Assembly (NCBI RefSeq): GCF_004765795.1
Contig: NZ_SBIV01000004.1
Coordinates: forward strand, 1-64,000
DNA: 64,000 nt
DNA from: Halorussus marinus
GTDB taxonomy: Archaea; Halobacteriota; Halobacteria; Halobacteriales; Haladaptataceae
Direction: 5' to 3'
The translations under genes and the position numbers were made by a program. The notes below the pieces were generated by a model. The model saw only the letters and a program-made list of their open reading frames with translations. It searched no databases and had not been told where the DNA came from. This document shows positions 29,473-39,629 of the stretch, in pieces. Each line of letters begins with the position of its first letter. Within the stretch, counting starts at the first letter, position 1.

Positions 29473-30741
29473 TCACCGATCGTCGGTCGCGTCCGAGGGG
29501 GTTTCGGCGTCGCCGTCGCCGGCCTCGGCTCCGTCGTCGCCCTCGTCGGCGGAGGCCGCGTCGGGCGCGTCGGCGGTCGAGACGACGTCGGCGCCCCCGG
29601 CCGTCGCCGTCGGATCGGCGGGCTCGAAGAGGTACGTCGGGTCGACCGCCCACGGCCGGATCGGCTCGCCCGCGATGAGTTCGGGCAACACGATCCGGAC
29701 GAAGTGGATGACAAGCACCAAGATCAGCGGGCCGAGGAAGATGCCGTACCACCCGAACAATAGCGGGCCGAGGATGTACGCCAGCATGACCAGACCGACG
29801 TGGAGGTCTCGGCCCGAGACGTACGGTCGGAGCACGAGGTCAGGGATCGAGTCGACGACGACGAACGAGACCGCGAAAAACAGCGCCGGGAACCAGAGGA
29901 ACTCGGGGGCGCCGACCCCGGTCTCGACGCCGAGGTACCCCGCGACCGGGAAGTAGACGAGTTTCATCCCGACGACCGGAATCAGGCTGGCCGCGCCCGT
30001 CAGGAGTCCGATCAGCGTGGGGTACGGCACGCCGAGCCCCGCCGGCGCGAACAGGTTCAGGACGTTGTACGCCGCCGCCCCGATGGTGCCCGTGAACAGC
30101 GCGTTCAGGATGTTGCCGAAGAAGATGCTGTTGAAATCGCGGTCGACCGCGGTGGCGTACGCGGCGAACACGCCGCCGTCGTCGGCGAACTGCCGTCGGA
30201 CGTACCGCGAGAGCCTGTGGTCGTCTCGGAGCAGGTAGAACGCGATGGCGATCATCACGAACAGGTGGAGCAGTCCGATGCCGACGACGCCGACGTACTG
30301 GAGCGCCGACAGCCCCACGTCCCGAATGAGTTCGGTGTTCGGGTCCGCGAGGATGTCCTCGGGACGTAGCGCCACCGTCGAGGCGTTGACGTACGGCTGG
30401 ACCTGCGTCCAGACCCCCGAGATGTCGGCCGGGACCGCCTCGATTTCCCGGAGGCGATCGTACGCGCGAGCGAACTCCTGAAGCCCGATCGCGACGGTGT
30501 AGACCACCAACAGCAACACCGGGAGCGCGAGCGCGAACAGCGAGATGGCGGTCGCGACGCTCGGCGGGCCGATCCGCCGGCGGATCCGCCGGTACACCGG
30601 CCGGGTGGCGTAGTAGATGAAGATGCCGAACACGAAGGTGCCGACGAACGAGTAGACCACGTAGAAGACCGCCGCCAAGAGCGCGAGGCCGACGATCCAC
30701 CACGCGGTCCGGGCCCGGTCGATGTCGAGATCGACGTCCAT
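29473..30741 (-). CDS. AI-2E family transporter
   Basis: Polytopic; FYLLRD, SLIPVVG, LRPYVSG and G.F.GPL; ATG at 30741. Confidence 0.9.
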   Translation of the reverse strand: MDVDLDIDRARTAWWIVGLALLAAVFYVVYSFVGTFVFGIFIYYATRPVYRRIRRRIGPPSVATAISLFALALPVLLLVVYTVAIGLQEFARAYDRLREIEAVPADISGVWTQVQPYVNASTVALRPEDILADPNTELIRDVGLSALQYVGVVGIGLLHLFVMIAIAFYLLRDDHRLSRYVRRQFADDGGVFAAYATAVDRDFNSIFFGNILNALFTGTIGAAAYNVLNLFAPAGLGVPYPTLIGLLTGAASLIPVVGMKLVYFPVAGYLGVETGVGAPEFLWFPALFFAVSFVVVDSIPDLVLRPYVSGRDLHVGLVMLAYILGPLLFGWYGIFLGPLILVLVIHFVRIVLPELIAGEPIRPWAVDPTYLFEPADPTATAGGADVVSTADAPDAASADEGDDGAEAGDGDAETPSDATDDR

Positions 30742-30837
30742 ACCACCCAGAGGGTGTCGCCGGGACAAAAATGTTCGCCGAGAGTGAACTATCGCCGGCA
30801 GTGAGTTTTTAACCGACCGCGTACTTAGCTTTCCGAA

Positions 30838-32097
30838 GTGCAGGGTGTCGCAGAAACCGTCGCGTCGGCTCCGCTCGACGACGAAGTCGTGCGTATCGCG
30901 ATCGCGGGAGCGCTGGGGCTGTTTCTGGGACTGGAGCGAGAGTGGTCCCACAAGCCCGCCGGAATCCGGACGTTCACGCTCATCACCCTGCTCGGGGCGG
31001 TGTTCACGCTGCTCGACCGGGACGTGTTGCTCTTGCTCGGGGGCCTGCTGGTCATCGTTCAGGGCGTCCTGCTCGCGGTCAAGGGCCTGACCGGCGAGGA
31101 AGAGGAGGGGCTGGCGCTGACGACCTCCGTGTCGATGCTGGTGGGGTTCGGCGTCGGTGCGCTCGTGATGGACGGATACATCATCGTCGGCGTCACGGTG
31201 GCCGTGCTGTCGTCGCTGCTGCTCGTGCTCAAGCGCGAACTCCACAGCCTCGCGTGGGGGCTCTCGCGCGAGGAACTCCGGTCGGCGGTCGAGTTCGCGA
31301 TCCTCGCGTTCGTCATCTACCCGCTGTTGCCCGACCGGGAGTTCGCCTTTGGGGTCCAGCCCCGGGTCGTGTGGCTGATGGTGGTGACAGTCGCGGCCAT
31401 CGGCATCGTCAACTACGCGGTAGTCGAGACCTACGGCGGCCGGGGCATCGCGGTCACCGGCTTCTTCGGCGGGCTCGCGTCCTCGACCGCGGTGGTCGGG
31501 ACGATGCTCGATCACGTCAGCCAGCGCCCCGAGGCCGCCTCCTACGGGGTGGCGGCCATCCTGCTGGCCGACGCCGCGATGGCGGTCCGGAACCTCGCGA
31601 TCGCGCTCGCGTTCACCGTCGGTCGGGACGCTCCGGTGCTGTACGGTGCGGTGTTGCCCCTCGGGGCGGTGATTCTGGGGAGCGTCGCCATCGCGGCCTA
31701 CACCGCCGAGTGGTCCGAGCAGGTCGACATCGACCTCGAGAGCCCGTTCTCGCTCCGGAACTCCCTGAGCTTCGGCGCCATCTTCCTGCTGGTCATCGTC
31801 GCCGGCGCGGTGGCCCAACAGCAGTTTGGCTCCGCCGGGTTCTACGTCACCGCGCTGCTGTCGGGGCTGGTCTCCAGCGCGGGTGTGACCTCCTCGGCGG
31901 TGTTGCTCTACATCGGCGGGAACCTCGACTCCCAGACCGCGGTGCTCGGCATCCTGCTGGCGACCGCCTCCTCGATCACGGTCAAGGCCGCGCTCACCCT
32001 GACGGCGCCCAATCGGTCGTTCGCCTACCGGGTCACGGCGTGGAGCGGGGTGTTGCTCGCGGGGTCGGCCGTGGCCGCGGTGTTGGCCGTGATGTGA
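30838..32097 (+). CDS. MgtC/SapB family protein with DUF4010-type extension
   Basis: GLERE..K.AGIRTF and GGLASSTA; many TM helices. Confidence 0.88.
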   Translation: MQGVAETVASAPLDDEVVRIAIAGALGLFLGLEREWSHKPAGIRTFTLITLLGAVFTLLDRDVLLLLGGLLVIVQGVLLAVKGLTGEEEEGLALTTSVSMLVGFGVGALVMDGYIIVGVTVAVLSSLLLVLKRELHSLAWGLSREELRSAVEFAILAFVIYPLLPDREFAFGVQPRVVWLMVVTVAAIGIVNYAVVETYGGRGIAVTGFFGGLASSTAVVGTMLDHVSQRPEAASYGVAAILLADAAMAVRNLAIALAFTVGRDAPVLYGAVLPLGAVILGSVAIAAYTAEWSEQVDIDLESPFSLRNSLSFGAIFLLVIVAGAVAQQQFGSAGFYVTALLSGLVSSAGVTSSAVLLYIGGNLDSQTAVLGILLATASSITVKAALTLTAPNRSFAYRVTAWSGVLLAGSAVAAVLAVM

Positions 32098-32187
32098 AGT
32101 TCGCATCGTCGCTCGGATCTGTTGCAAGTATCACCGGTATCGCAACGAACCAATTCAATTAAAAGGCACCTCTGCAAAGACCACGTC

Positions 32188-33519
32188 ATGGATAGGCACA
32201 CCGCCGAACCCACGGTCGAGCAGATGCCCGGAGAACGAGCCAAAGCGTGGTCCGAGCACCACCACCAGTTCTCCGCGCCGAGCACGTACGTCTACGACTT
32301 CGTCTGGGACATGACAGCGGACGCAGAGGGGCCGTTCTGCACCGACGTAGACGGCAACGTCCTGTTGGACTTCACGAGCCACGTCGCGGCCGCGCCGCTG
32401 GGGTACAACAACCCCAAGATCATGGACGAAATCCGCGAGTTCGGCGCGCTCGATCCGCTCAAGATCGCGGGACAGGACTTCTACGCCGCCGGCGGCTGGC
32501 CGCCCGAGGACCCCGAGTTCCCCGGTCCGACCCAGCTGATGGACCGGCTGACCGACCTGACGAGCCACTACGACATGGACACCGTCTTCCTGTCGAACTC
32601 CGGCGCGGAGGCGGTCGAGAACGCGATCAAGATCTGTTACGCGCAGGGGGGCCACCGCGCGTTCAACTTCGACGGCGCGTTCCACGGCCGCACCCTCGGT
32701 GCGCTCTCGCTGAACCGGTCCAAGCGCGCCCACCGGAAGGGCTACCCCGAGATCGGCGGCGTCGTCTCGGTACCGTACCCCTCGACCGACGAGGAGTACG
32801 AGCGCAAGTGGCTGACCGACGGCCCGGGCGGCAACGTGGTCGCGGACAAACTCGAACCCTCGCAGGGCGTCATCGACCCCGAGGAGGTCGCCTACCTCAT
32901 CATGGAGCCGGTTCAGGGCGAGGGCGGCTACCGGGTTCCCCACGATGGCTTCGTCGAGGACCTCGCCGAGATCCGGGCGGAGTACGACGTGAACGTCATC
33001 GCCGACGAGATTCAGGCGGGGCTCGGACGGACCGGCGAGATGTGGGGGGTCGACCACCTCGACCTCGAACCCGACGTCATCACGTCCGCGAAGGGCCTGC
33101 GCGTGGGCGCGACCGTCGCGAACAAGGACATGTTCCCCGAAGAGACGGGTCGGATCTCCTCGACCTGGGGCGCGGGCGACGTGATGAGCGCGCTTCAGGG
33201 CGTGCTCACTCTCGACGCCATCGAGGAGTACGACCTGCTCGACAACGTGGTCACTCGGGGCGCGCAGTTCCGCGAACTGCTCGAAGACGCCGACATGCCC
33301 AACGTGGTCGACGTGCGCGGCCGCGGGCTGATGCTGGCGGTGGAGTTCGACACCAAGGATCGGCGTGAGGCGGTCGTCGAAGCCGCGCTCAAGCGCGGTC
33401 TGCTCACACTCGGCTGTGGCTACAAGACGCTGCGACTGCTTCCGCCGCTCGACGTGACCGAGCGCGAGATCGAACTCGGCTTCGATCTGTTCGAGTCGGC
33501 GGTCCACGACGCCGCGTAG
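32188..33519 (+). CDS. class III PLP aminotransferase (GabT-like)
   Basis: NSGAEAVENAIK, FHGRT, EPVQGEGG, ADEIQAGLGRTG and SAKGL. Confidence 0.93.
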   Translation: MDRHTAEPTVEQMPGERAKAWSEHHHQFSAPSTYVYDFVWDMTADAEGPFCTDVDGNVLLDFTSHVAAAPLGYNNPKIMDEIREFGALDPLKIAGQDFYAAGGWPPEDPEFPGPTQLMDRLTDLTSHYDMDTVFLSNSGAEAVENAIKICYAQGGHRAFNFDGAFHGRTLGALSLNRSKRAHRKGYPEIGGVVSVPYPSTDEEYERKWLTDGPGGNVVADKLEPSQGVIDPEEVAYLIMEPVQGEGGYRVPHDGFVEDLAEIRAEYDVNVIADEIQAGLGRTGEMWGVDHLDLEPDVITSAKGLRVGATVANKDMFPEETGRISSTWGAGDVMSALQGVLTLDAIEEYDLLDNVVTRGAQFRELLEDADMPNVVDVRGRGLMLAVEFDTKDRREAVVEAALKRGLLTLGCGYKTLRLLPPLDVTEREIELGFDLFESAVHDAA

Positions 33520-33536
33520 TCGCTGAAACTCGGCCC

Positions 33537-33629
33537 GTAGTCCGCACCGTTCGCCCGCGGACTGTGGTCCGTGCCGTTCGTTCGCGGACTGTGGTCCACA
33601 CCGTTCGCTCGCGGACTGTAGTCCGCGCC
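33537..33629. repeat. 27-bp tandem repeat, about 3.4 copies, internally palindromic
   Basis: GT(A/G)GTCC...CCGTTCG..CGCGGACT units starting at 33537, 33564, 33591 and 33618. Confidence 0.85.
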
Positions 33630-33755
33630 CTCCGTCGCGGTTGAGATAGGGTCTATCGGCAGTTAACGGACCGCCTCGTCGCTCGTTGGTATAGCGGCCG
33701 CATATCTCGAAAGTGGTAGAAATATTGATACGGCCCGAAATTGTCACTCGTTCGC

Positions 33756-35486
33756 ATGCCGGGAAGAGAAATAAACGAGAATCGACGCGATTTCCTGATG
33801 AAAGCCGGCGCCGCGACCGGGATCGTGGGACTGACCTCGTTCGCGACCGCGGGCGGGGCGGGGGCACAGGAGACGACGACTCAGGACGGCGACGCCGAGA
33901 CGACACAGGCGGCCGAACCGGGCGAGCCGCTCCCGACGTACACGTATCTGAACAACGCACAGAGCTACAATCCGCCGCGACACGACGCGATCAACCTCAC
34001 CGCCAACCAGCTCAACGAGCTCGGACTCGACGTCGAGGTCGAGGTGCTCGAATGGGGGACGCTGTTCAACAGGGTCGACCAGGAGTACGACTACAGCCTC
34101 TCGACGTGGCACACGTTCTTCACGGTCGATCCGGTGCTGGAGCTGAGCTCGACCATGGACTCGTCGAACACCGACCCCGGGGAGGGGAATTTCGCCGGCT
34201 ACACCAACGAGGAGGTCGACGAGCTGATGGACAGCTACCTCGCCGAGCCCGACCCCGACACCCGGGTCGATCTGGTCCACGACCTCCAACAGATACTGAT
34301 GGACGAGGTGCCCCAGATGCCGATCACCCAGATGCCGGCGGCGGCCATCTGGAACAACAACCAGGTCGACAACTGGCAGCGCAACCTCTCGCTCGGGTTC
34401 AACTCCTACTGGACGATGGTCAACCTCGAGATGCAGGACGGGGCGACCGAGCTCAAGGGGTACTGGCCCGAGACGCTCTCGACGATGAACGTGCTGGGTC
34501 ACAACGACGAGAACAAGCACGTCTACCAGTTCACGGTGATGTACGACACGTTGTTGCGCCTCGACAACAACGGCGAGCTGAACTCCGACGTGAGCCTCGC
34601 GACCGACTGGAACCGGGTCGACGAGACCACCATGGAGTACACCGTCCGGACCGGCCACTCGTGGCACGACGGCGAGGACCTCACCGCCGAGGACATCGCG
34701 TTCAGCTACAACTACATCACCGAAAACGAGGTGCCGATCTACTCGGTCCAGTCGAACTACATCGACAACGCCGAGGTCGTCGACGAGGAGACGGTTCGGG
34801 TCAACATGAGCCAGCCCCTCGGACCGTTCAACACGCTCGTGGCGACCCAGCTCCCGATCATCCCCGAACACAAGTGGGCCGACCGGGACAACCCGAGCCA
34901 GCAGAACATCCAGGAGCCGGTCGGTAGCGGCCCGCTCCAGTTCGATTACTGGGAGCAGGGCAGTGAGTTCGGCATGGCGCGGTTCGACGACCACTTCGCG
35001 CCCGTCGACTTCGAGCGGCGGTTCTGGCGGATCATCCCGGAGGCCTCGACCGTCTGGGAGAACCTCATCAACGGCGACCTCAACTACGAGCCGTTCGGCC
35101 GGATCGACCGCAGTCTCAACGAGAACCAGGAGAACGAGAACATCAGCACGAAGTTCGAAGTGGCGACCTCGTTCTGGCACTTCACGCCGAACGAGCGCGA
35201 GCCCGGGTTCGACGACGTCGCCCTCCGGAAGGCGATGGTGAACACGATTCCGCGAACGCCGATCGTCGACCAGATCCTGTTCGGTTTCCCCGAGCCCGGT
35301 TCGAACGTCGTCTCGGGGGCGTTCGGCCCGCTCCACACCGACGACGTGACCTCCTACGAGGAGAGTCGCGAGCGAGCGCGGGCCCGGCTCGAAGAGGCCG
35401 GCTACACCTGGAACGACGACGACCGACTCCAGTTCCCCGAGGACGGCGGGGACGGGGGCGGCGGAACCACGACCGAGTCGGGCTGA
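33756..35486 (+). CDS. family 5 (peptide/nickel) ABC solute-binding protein, circularly permuted, Tat-exported
   Basis: NRRDFLMK Tat motif; WHDGEDLTAEDIAFSY, PVGSGP and RARLEEAGY; the canonical C-terminal lobe sits at the N-terminus. Confidence 0.88.
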   Translation: MPGREINENRRDFLMKAGAATGIVGLTSFATAGGAGAQETTTQDGDAETTQAAEPGEPLPTYTYLNNAQSYNPPRHDAINLTANQLNELGLDVEVEVLEWGTLFNRVDQEYDYSLSTWHTFFTVDPVLELSSTMDSSNTDPGEGNFAGYTNEEVDELMDSYLAEPDPDTRVDLVHDLQQILMDEVPQMPITQMPAAAIWNNNQVDNWQRNLSLGFNSYWTMVNLEMQDGATELKGYWPETLSTMNVLGHNDENKHVYQFTVMYDTLLRLDNNGELNSDVSLATDWNRVDETTMEYTVRTGHSWHDGEDLTAEDIAFSYNYITENEVPIYSVQSNYIDNAEVVDEETVRVNMSQPLGPFNTLVATQLPIIPEHKWADRDNPSQQNIQEPVGSGPLQFDYWEQGSEFGMARFDDHFAPVDFERRFWRIIPEASTVWENLINGDLNYEPFGRIDRSLNENQENENISTKFEVATSFWHFTPNEREPGFDDVALRKAMVNTIPRTPIVDQILFGFPEPGSNVVSGAFGPLHTDDVTSYEESRERARARLEEAGYTWNDDDRLQFPEDGGDGGGGTTTESG

Positions 35487-35518
35487 TCGAGGACCGCACT
35501 GACGGCGCGCGATCTCAT

Positions 35519-35576
35519 TTTTCGGAATCGCGATTCGAGAGACGCTGTTTTCGGCATCGCGATTCGAGAGACGCTG
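35519..35576. repeat. 29-bp tandem duplication
   Basis: TTTTCGG(A/C)ATCGCGATTCGAGAGACGCTG twice. Confidence 0.85.
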
Positions 35577-35651
35577 GATTCGCCCGAGCGGCCGGACGCC
35601 AGCCGGCCGGTCCGAAGAAGATTGATAACGCCGAGCGTGCACGGTTCGGGC

Positions 35652-36104
35652 ATGCACCACCGGTCAGACACGTCGCTTCGCGCGAGCGCCTCGGGATGGG
35701 CCCGTCTGCTCGGTCTGCTCCGGACCCGGACCGCGGGCGCGCTCGGGATCGTCGTCGTGATCGCGGTCGTCGCGCTCCCGCACCCGCTTCCCGAGTACCC
35801 GGCGAGCGCGTACGCGCTCGTCGGGACCGCACAGGGCGTCGGGCTCGCGGTCGCGGCCGAGAACCTGCTCCGGCGACCCGCGCGGGGGTTCGACCGGACG
35901 CGGGCGAGCCGGAGGGTCGCGAGCGTGGCCGGCGCGGCCGCGCTGTTCGTCGTCGCCATGGCCGCGCTCGGCGTCGACCTCTCGGCGCGCGACCGCACCC
36001 TGCTTGCGGCGTTCTGTCTCTCGGGACCGGCGGCCATCGCGGCCCTCGACTACCTGAAAGCCCGCGTTCGGACCGATCTGCGCCGGGAGGGCGCGTCGGG
36101 GTGA
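35652..36104 (+). CDS. membrane hypothetical protein
   Basis: Four hydrophobic segments; ATG at 35652. Confidence 0.65.
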   Translation: MHHRSDTSLRASASGWARLLGLLRTRTAGALGIVVVIAVVALPHPLPEYPASAYALVGTAQGVGLAVAAENLLRRPARGFDRTRASRRVASVAGAAALFVVAMAALGVDLSARDRTLLAAFCLSGPAAIAALDYLKARVRTDLRREGASG

Positions 36105-36191
36105 CCGGCCCGGGTGGGTCCGCGAGACGCGAGCGCACGCTGACTGTTCCAACAGTGACGTTTTAGTCGCGCCCGCACCTTCGGCCACGGT

Positions 36192-37445
36192 ATGAGCCAA
36201 CTCGCGGCACGGGAACCGTACACGACGAGCTTCGAGGCGACGGTCGTCGACCGCGACGGCCGGGCGGTCGTCCTCGACGAGACGTACTTCTACGCCGAGA
36301 GCGGCGGCCAGCCGGCGGACCGCGGGACGCTCGCCGGCGCGCCGGTCGCGCACGTCCGGACGCGCGAGGACGGCGACATCGTCCACCGATTGGCCGAGGA
36401 CACCGACCTCGACGCCGTCCCCGAAGTCGGCCAGCCCGTCCGCGGACAGGTCGACGAGTCGTTTCGCACCTACTGCATGCGAGCCCACACCGCAAGCCAC
36501 GCCATCTACGGGGCGGGCCGGGAACTGCTCGCGGACCTCGGCTACGGCGGCTTCGACATCGGCGAGCGCAAGGTCCGGGTCGATTTCACCACCGCGACCG
36601 ACATCGACGACGAGGTACTGGCGGACCTAGAACGGCTCACCAACCGGGCGGTGTGGGATTCACGACCCGTGACGTGGGCAGAGGTTCCCGAGGCGGAGGC
36701 CCGGAGTCGCGAGGAGATCGCGTTCAACACCAAGACCGAGGAGGGCGTGATGAGCGAGGCCGACACCGTCCGCGTGGTCGAGATCGAGGGGTTCGACTGG
36801 GCGGCCTGCGGCGGGACCCACGTCGAGAACACCCGCGAGATCGGCCCGGTCACCGTGCTCGACCGGTCGAACCCCGGCGAGGGACTCACTCGCGTGGAGT
36901 TCGCGGTCGGACCGACCGCCATCCGACGGCGGGCCGAGGACGTGCGGGCGGCGCGGGCGGCCGCCCGCGAACTCGACGTGAGCGTCCCCGATCTGCCGGA
37001 CGCCGCACGGCAGGCCGGCGAGGAGATCGAGCGACTGACGGCCGAGCTGAACGACGCCAGAGACGAACTGCTGGCGGCGCGGCTCGCGGATCTCGGGGAC
37101 GAGCCGGTCGAGCGCGACGGTGGCGAGTGGCTGGTCGGCACCGTCTCGCGGTTCGGTCCGAACGAGGTGGCCGACCGCGCGAAGGCGCTGGCGGGCGACG
37201 GTGGAGACGCCGGCGGACCCGACGCGTCGGGGGATGCCGAGACGGGCTACGACGCGGTCGTCCTGGCCGGCGAGGACGGCTCGACGTTCGTCGTCGCCGC
37301 GACCGCGGGCGATCCCGCGGCCGGCGACGTCGTCGGGGAGGTGACCGACGCCTTCGGCGGCGGCGGGGGCGGACGCCCGACGTTCGCGCAGGGCGGCGGC
37401 CTCGACGCGACGCCCGAGGAAGTCGTGGCGTTCCTCCGGGAGTAG
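36192..37445 (+). CDS. alanyl-tRNA editing protein (long AlaX with DHHA1/C-Ala domain)
   Basis: FYAESGGQPAD.G, HTASH, CGGTHV and GGGGG..FAQGG. Confidence 0.92.
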   Translation: MSQLAAREPYTTSFEATVVDRDGRAVVLDETYFYAESGGQPADRGTLAGAPVAHVRTREDGDIVHRLAEDTDLDAVPEVGQPVRGQVDESFRTYCMRAHTASHAIYGAGRELLADLGYGGFDIGERKVRVDFTTATDIDDEVLADLERLTNRAVWDSRPVTWAEVPEAEARSREEIAFNTKTEEGVMSEADTVRVVEIEGFDWAACGGTHVENTREIGPVTVLDRSNPGEGLTRVEFAVGPTAIRRRAEDVRAARAAARELDVSVPDLPDAARQAGEEIERLTAELNDARDELLAARLADLGDEPVERDGGEWLVGTVSRFGPNEVADRAKALAGDGGDAGGPDASGDAETGYDAVVLAGEDGSTFVVAATAGDPAAGDVVGEVTDAFGGGGGGRPTFAQGGGLDATPEEVVAFLRE

Positions 37446-37521
37446 CCGGGCGTCCGCGAGCCGGTCGGATCGCGTGATTTCGATGGGCTCACCGCTCGGG
37501 CGGTCCGCGAGCGCGCCGGGC

Positions 37522-38751
37522 TCAGATCCCGAGGTCGGCGATGCGGTCGTCGCGGTGGAGCACCTTCTTGACGATGTCGGGGTCTTCGAGCAGGCGGTGC
37601 ATCGTGTGGACGCCCCGGCCCCGACCCCGGCCCTTGGTTTCGGAGTCGATCACGTTGAGGAAGTCCTGCTCCTGGAGTATCTCCTGAACCCGGCGCTCCG
37701 AGAGGGCGTCGACGTCGAGTTCCGAGGCGATCGACTGGTACTGGCGGTAGATCTGCTGGGTCGGGAACTGCTCTTGGTGGCGGTTCTCGGTCAGGACGGT
37801 GAGCGCGAGCAGGATGGCCTTCGCCTGCGTGGGCGCGCCGTCGATCAGCTCCGCGAACCGGTCGGCCTCGGTCTTCTCCTTGGCGGCGTAGACGTGGCTC
37901 TCTGTGACCTCGGGGTCGTCTTGCTTGGTCGCGATCCGGCCGGCATTCCGGAGGATGTCGATGGCCTTCCGGGCGTCGCCGTGTTCTTGGGCGGCCAGCG
38001 CCGCGGTGAGCGGGATGGCGTCGTCGCTGAGCACGTCGTCCCGGAACGCGTCGGCGCGGTTCTGGAGGATGTCGATGAGCTGGTGGGCGTCGTACGGCGG
38101 GAAGACGAGTTCGTCGTGAGCGAAACTCGATTTGACGCGCTCGTTGAGTTCGTCGGGGAAGTCGATCTTGTTCGAGATGCCGATGATGCCGACCGTCGAG
38201 TCGGTGATCCGACGGTTCTCGCCCGCCCGCGAGAGTTTCCTGAGCACCTCGTCGTCCTCCAGCATGTCGATCTCGTCGAGGATGACCAGCGTCACGTCGC
38301 TGACGGTGTCGATGATGCGCCACAGCCGGTCGTAGTAGTCGCCGGTGCCGAGCCCGCGCTGTGGGACGGTGATGCCAGTCTCGGCCGGATCGTTGAGTTC
38401 GCGCCCGATGGTCTTGATGACCGACGCCTCGGTTGTCTGCTCGCCGCAGTCGATGAACGCGGTCTCGACCCCCACGCTCTCGTTGCTGGCCTCGTTTTCG
38501 ACGCGCTTGGAGACGCTCCGGGAGATGAGCGACTTTCCCGTCCCTGTCTTCCCGAAGATGAAGAGGTGGGTCGGCTCCTGACCGAAGATAGCTGGATTGA
38601 GCGCCTCGGCGACCTTCTGCATGTGCTCGTCGCGGCCCACGATCCGGTTCGGGCCGGGGAGGTGAGAGATTCGAAGCAGGTCCTCGTCGGCGAATATCGG
38701 TTCGTCGTAGCGAAAGAGGGGATCGCGTTCGGCCGTCTCGTCGGGAACCAT
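37522..38751 (-). CDS. Orc1/Cdc6 family replication initiator
   Basis: GKTGTGKS, LDEID, IGISN, FPPY..QL.DIL..R, GDARKAIDILR and a C-terminal wHTH. Confidence 0.95.
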   Translation of the reverse strand: MVPDETAERDPLFRYDEPIFADEDLLRISHLPGPNRIVGRDEHMQKVAEALNPAIFGQEPTHLFIFGKTGTGKSLISRSVSKRVENEASNESVGVETAFIDCGEQTTEASVIKTIGRELNDPAETGITVPQRGLGTGDYYDRLWRIIDTVSDVTLVILDEIDMLEDDEVLRKLSRAGENRRITDSTVGIIGISNKIDFPDELNERVKSSFAHDELVFPPYDAHQLIDILQNRADAFRDDVLSDDAIPLTAALAAQEHGDARKAIDILRNAGRIATKQDDPEVTESHVYAAKEKTEADRFAELIDGAPTQAKAILLALTVLTENRHQEQFPTQQIYRQYQSIASELDVDALSERRVQEILQEQDFLNVIDSETKGRGRGRGVHTMHRLLEDPDIVKKVLHRDDRIADLGI

Positions 38752-38799
38752 CTGTCGGGGCGTTCCTTCGCACCCCGCGACATAAAGGTGGGGGGTAAC

Positions 38800-39579
38800 G
38801 TCGCGGATGTATTTCCGGGAGAGAGCCCGGTCTGTCGCCGTCGCGCCAGATATGCCGGCCGGACGCCGACGGCGACTACCCTCGCGGATGTTCTCGTCGG
38901 GTCACATTACGGGGCTGTGTCGGCTCCGGCCCGGAACGAGCCCCACAGACTCGGGGTGTCGCGATTCTATTTGTGGGGGTCGACTCTGACTCACGAGGTC
39001 GCGATCCCAGTCCGATTCTACGTCCGGTTTCGGAATCGGTGTCGTGGCGGACCGACCGGCCCAGACCGATGGGACGGGTCGGGCGGACACCAGCATCGCG
39101 GATGTAAGCCGCGGGGAGCGGGGGACTGAAACCGAGGACGACCACCGAACGGATTCGGCTCGGGGTCCGTCTCGGGCCGAACGGTCGGGGCGACCGGACG
39201 CCCACCTCGGTCGCGTTTGTAACCGTCGGACGGTTGGACCGCGAGCCTCTGACGGAAGGTAGCCGGAGACGAAACGTGAGTGTGTCACTCTCTTGCATGC
39301 CCCACACACACCACCATCTCGTTTGTAAGAGGATACGACGAGACTAGAGAGAGAACACACACCAGTGTCGCGGATGTAAATATGGCGTGATAGCAAATTT
39401 TAGAGCATCTACTCCGAGTATCCGATTCAGAACGGATTCGTCTCGAATTGCCTACAGTTACATCCGCGAGCGAGGTGTCCCCCGAAAGAGCGACCGCACG
39501 CTCGATCGGGCGTCGCTTTCCCGCGTCGAGGGACGACCCCCTCGGGCCGAACCGCTTACAAACGCGACACTGGTGTGTG
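38800..39579. promoter_or_regulatory. putative replication origin with ORB-like repeats
   Basis: About 8 copies of TTACA(TC/AA)CGCGA...GGTG; orientation flips across an AT-enriched segment at 39380-39457. Confidence 0.7.
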
Positions 39580-39629
39580 CGTTCGCCCCGTCGGAAACAT
39601 TTTGACCGCAGAGACCCAACAGTACCGTC

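Noticed and set aside
30742..32127. 884-aa AI-2E fusion protein
   Set aside because: The extension is the antisense of the MgtC/SapB gene
33537..33629. Repeat as a mini CRISPR array
   Set aside because: Units are contiguous with no unique spacers
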